NCBI GenBank assembly: GCA_046483985.1
Contig: JAWOCD010000115.1
Span: 18,584-82,583 of the forward strand
DNA length: 64,000 bases
Origin: Promethearchaeia archaeon
Lineage (GTDB): Archaea > Asgardarchaeota > Lokiarchaeia > Sigyniarchaeales > SOKP01
Direction of reading: 5' to 3'
The notes beneath the pieces were generated by a model that was given only the letters and a program-made list of their open reading frames with translations, was not told where the DNA came from and ran no database searches. The first letter of the stretch is position 1; each line of letters opens with the position of its first letter. Shown one piece after another: positions 60,594-64,000 of this stretch. Position numbers and translations under genes: made by a program.

Positions 60594-61922
60594 CTACTCT
60601 TTCTTTCTTTGTTTTATATTAAATTCTGCCCGAGTATTAAGCATATCTAGCCCATCGCTGTATTTTGAGATTCGTTCTTCAAAATGTTCAATGATTTTCC
60701 TTTCTTCTGTATCTAAATAATCATAATATGGATAGATACGTTCAATCCGTGTATTAAAATCATCCAATAATTTTTCATACCATTCGTTCGGTTTTTCCAA
60801 GGTAGAGTGCATTTTTCCTTTGTATTTTTCCTTCTTTTTCTTAAATTTCTCCTCTTTTCCCTTTTCGAGCAATTCTTCTAATTTTTCTTCATAGTTCTGG
60901 ATCTTTTCCTCAATTTTTTCCCGATATTTAGGAATTCTATATTTCTTTTCGTTAAAATTAGAATCCCACACATAGATTTTATCCTCTTCCTCTTGTGCCT
61001 CTTCTTGGTCATTAACGATCTTTAGATCTCTTTTGGGCACCAAGATTAACCCGAAATTCCTCTGGAGCTGAGCCAAAGCTTTCCTTCTAAGGGTTTGATC
61101 AATATATTCTAAGTCTTTTAGCACTTCATCGATGTTTTCTAGTATATCATTAATTAAATTGTTGACTTTTTTTCGCATTTCCTCTAAATCGTGATCAAAA
61201 TGAAGCTCAACTAACTTATAATCACTCAAAATCCCTGCATCAGGGTCTGTTAAGCGAATTCCTGCAACGCCCAAATGATCGTGTTGCATTTCCGTGTGAT
61301 CAAAGACCAACCCTACTGCATATGGATTAGGGGCTTGATATCCCAAATGGGTATAACAATCAACTTCACTGTAAAAGAAGCCAAAACCGGGGTGAGTGTG
61401 CCACCAACCCACGATAAAATCTGTCTTTTTATTTTGAATCGCCTGATCATAAATCGATTCATCGATCTGAGAGAGATCAACGTAATGAACCGGCTCCAGT
61501 TCCACTCCCGTTTTTCCTCCGGGAACGAGCGGAATGGCGTCTTTTATCACCACTAAGGTTTCATCTTCGACGGATCCAATCAGAATACCGTACACCTCTC
61601 GCCAATCCTCTTGTTCTATATCATCGTTGGCATACCGAATTGCATATCCTATCATCCGTTTGAATGCCCGCCAGTTCAAATAGACAGGGGTATCCGAGGG
61701 CTGTACGATATATTTCTTTTCCTCTTTTTCCTCTTCTAAAAATGCCTCAGTATCTTCTTCGTCCGCTAGTTTCTCTTCGGGTAATGCAGAATCATCGGTA
61801 TCCTCTTCCGCGGGAGATTCTAAAGCCTCTACATCTAAGTCGAAATCATCAATCATTTTATTCAGTTTTGACGAGTACCCGTCCTTTTCTTTTTCATCTT
61901 TCTTTTTTGAAGAATTCGTCAT
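60594..61922 (-). CDS. MPN+/JAMM metalloprotease (Rpn11/CSN5-like) with acidic N-terminus and coiled-coil C-terminus
   Basis: EVYGILIG...IVGWWHTHPGFGFFYSEVD, an intact E-HxH-S-D motif. Confidence 0.88.
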   Translation of the reverse strand: MTNSSKKKDEKEKDGYSSKLNKMIDDFDLDVEALESPAEEDTDDSALPEEKLADEEDTEAFLEEEKEEKKYIVQPSDTPVYLNWRAFKRMIGYAIRYANDDIEQEDWREVYGILIGSVEDETLVVIKDAIPLVPGGKTGVELEPVHYVDLSQIDESIYDQAIQNKKTDFIVGWWHTHPGFGFFYSEVDCYTHLGYQAPNPYAVGLVFDHTEMQHDHLGVAGIRLTDPDAGILSDYKLVELHFDHDLEEMRKKVNNLINDILENIDEVLKDLEYIDQTLRRKALAQLQRNFGLILVPKRDLKIVNDQEEAQEEEDKIYVWDSNFNEKKYRIPKYREKIEEKIQNYEEKLEELLEKGKEEKFKKKKEKYKGKMHSTLEKPNEWYEKLLDDFNTRIERIYPYYDYLDTEERKIIEHFEERISKYSDGLDMLNTRAEFNIKQRKKE

Positions 61923-61987
61923 GAAAGAAACCTTGAATGTGTATATTCCCTAATAATAATAAGATGTCTTATCTATTTTAAATGTAT

Positions 61988-63814
61988 TTATTGTTGAGCT
62001 GCCCCGCAATGCTCGCAAAATTTGGCGTCCTTATTAATAAATTTGCCGCATGATTTGCAGCGGGTCAGTGCTTTTTTCGGTGAGGGGCGTTTCCCCCTAG
62101 TCTTAAGATCCCGTTTGATTTTCAGTTTCTTGATATAATCGTATTCTGGATTAATAAATGAGCGTTTTTCCAGCCGAACCACATATACATAGGCACTGAA
62201 AATCATCATCAACAGCAAGATAAATACGAACGCGGTGATATTGATTTGATCTCTTTTCGGTTCTCCGTCTCCATCTGGAGCGCCCTCTTCCCCAGTCTCA
62301 ACCAGATAATACGTAACCACTCCGTCCGCAACCACAAAGGTCGAGTTTGCCGTGATGTTGAGTCGGTATCTCGTCCCACTTTCCCACTGAAATTTCCCAT
62401 CGGACATATTAACAAACGCATTTCCGAACTTGTCTCGATCTACATAACGGGTTTGGTTTAGTTCTGAGGCGGGACTGGTGACCGCTAAGTTGACCTGGGG
62501 GGGATCCGGATTCGTATGTACATAACAACTGATATTGTCATAAAAGATGGAAAAGGATTCATTTGGGAAAATATAGGTGGTTCTATTAAAATAGAGCCCC
62601 ATATTAATATTAAGGTCGGTGTTGTTAAGAATTGATTTATTGAGAGGAAAAGATTGATTAACCCAAGTATTATTATTAGATGCCTCTTTAATCGATTCAA
62701 TGATGGTAAGATTATCATTAATTTTAAAAGCGGCATATACCTGCGAATGGTTAATACGGGTGAATTTTTCGGATATGGAGTATGAGAGGTTAAATTGTCC
62801 GTCTTTCCACACCTCTCGGTTTAAGGGGATCGATTGATTCCATGATAAAAACTCTGAGGCGTTGAATTGTTTATATCCTTGGGTAATGTTGAGTTCGATA
62901 TAATCGAAGTAAGCACTTGTAGACCTATTGGCATTGTGGTTATGTTTCGAATAAAATATAAGGGAATAATTACCCGTTTGATTTAATAAATCCTTGAAAT
63001 TCGAAAAGTTTTGATTGATCCAGTCTGTGTAATTTTGTTCATCTGTTACCTCATAGATTTTCTTCCAATTATTTAATAAATAAGAGATATTAGATGGTGT
63101 TTTCAAAAATACTCCTATTTCCATTGAATTCATAGTAGGTCCAGGAGGTTCTAGTTGTACCTTGTACCAGAAAGATAGATTAGTTTTCACATTGGGAAAA
63201 CTAGAATTAAAAAAGAACTCGTAGGAACTATTTGCCATAATAACCTTTTCCTCTCCTTCATACTTATGCATTAGTGAATAAGAATTCAAATCGTAAGATT
63301 TAGTATCAATTTCCTGTGTTAAATTTTTTTCTCCTTGAGTCTCATTATTTTCTAAATTCCAATCACTGAGGTTCTTGTCTTTAAAGTTCTCTATCCCTTG
63401 AGAATTATTCATTGGTCTCTCTGTATGGTTACTATTTTTTCCGGTTGTATTGATGGAAAGACAGTTCGAATCTTCTGGTCCATCCTCGGTCCATGAATAA
63501 TTTACATCCGTCTCGTCCGTACTGTTCCAACCCCGATCATCGCCATCCACTCCACCATTCCGCACAAAATCTCGGGATTCATTGAGCTGTGTAAAGTTCA
63601 CATGGACTTGATCGCTATAGGTGTCTTCCGGGATCGTTAACGAAATCGAGTCGTTCAAGTTCCTTCCCGAAAAGGGATCATGCTTAGTCCGATCGTAGCC
63701 CTCGACATTGGCTTGACATATAAAATTAGAACTCCCCGAAAAGACCGGAACTAAAATGATTAAAATGATAGAAAAAAGGGCAGCTTTTGGAACTAAGCGC
63801 TTAAATCTCAACAT
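61988..63814 (-). CDS. Secreted/surface glycoprotein with single TM helix and cytoplasmic zinc ribbon
   Basis: Signal peptide, many N-x-S/T sequons, TM helix, CKSCG...FCEHCG. Confidence 0.75.
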   Translation of the reverse strand: MLRFKRLVPKAALFSIILIILVPVFSGSSNFICQANVEGYDRTKHDPFSGRNLNDSISLTIPEDTYSDQVHVNFTQLNESRDFVRNGGVDGDDRGWNSTDETDVNYSWTEDGPEDSNCLSINTTGKNSNHTERPMNNSQGIENFKDKNLSDWNLENNETQGEKNLTQEIDTKSYDLNSYSLMHKYEGEEKVIMANSSYEFFFNSSFPNVKTNLSFWYKVQLEPPGPTMNSMEIGVFLKTPSNISYLLNNWKKIYEVTDEQNYTDWINQNFSNFKDLLNQTGNYSLIFYSKHNHNANRSTSAYFDYIELNITQGYKQFNASEFLSWNQSIPLNREVWKDGQFNLSYSISEKFTRINHSQVYAAFKINDNLTIIESIKEASNNNTWVNQSFPLNKSILNNTDLNINMGLYFNRTTYIFPNESFSIFYDNISCYVHTNPDPPQVNLAVTSPASELNQTRYVDRDKFGNAFVNMSDGKFQWESGTRYRLNITANSTFVVADGVVTYYLVETGEEGAPDGDGEPKRDQINITAFVFILLLMMIFSAYVYVVRLEKRSFINPEYDYIKKLKIKRDLKTRGKRPSPKKALTRCKSCGKFINKDAKFCEHCGAAQQ

Positions 63815-63897
63815 ACAGATAATTTATTTTTTAATCTTAATTACATTAAATAATTAAGTAAATATATAAGTTATAGTTCTAGAAAGACAACAACACG

Positions 63898-64000
63898 ATG
63901 AAAGTTATTGGATTCACCGGACTTCCGGGTTCGGGCAAATCAACCGCGATTGATGCGGTAGGGCATTTGGGGACAGTCGTTACGATGGGAGACGTGATTC
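63898..64000 (+). CDS. P-loop kinase (UPF0200 / dephospho-CoA kinase-like), partial
   Basis: Hand translation: MKVIGFTGLPGSGKSTAIDAVGHLGTVVTMGDVI. Confidence 0.75.
   Translation, partial: MKVIGFTGLPGSGKSTAIDAVGHLGTVVTMGDVI

Overview
AT-rich chromosomal window from an Asgard archaeon, most likely Lokiarchaeia. The assignment rests on a Loki-type profilin, four Rab-like GTPases, a longin-GTPase fusion, other longin-like and V4R proteins, a CDC48 with an HbYX tail, an Rpn11/CSN5-like JAMM protease, TBP, thermosome, L38e/L40e and a PSTK-like kinase. Most genes are housekeeping or metabolic. I found no rRNA, tRNA or CRISPR array. Main leads: (1) an ORF-free ~450-nt element (57339-57790) closed by a terminal inverted repeat and packed with G-U-containing hairpins whose loops repeat GTA-N(0-3)-GGA, a candidate undescribed large ncRNA; (2) a co-oriented Rab / thioredoxin-fold / V4R (Bet3/TRAPP-related) / FYVE-type Zn-finger membrane protein / Rab cluster (13059-15594), echoed by a second V4R-Rab pair; (3) a stand-alone cGAS/OAS-like nucleotidyltransferase with altered catalytic motifs, converging on a macrodomain and a truncated ubiquitin-like gene; (4) IS200/IS605 remnants, including two orphan right-end (omegaRNA-like) copies. 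All family calls come from motif recognition by eye, not database searches.
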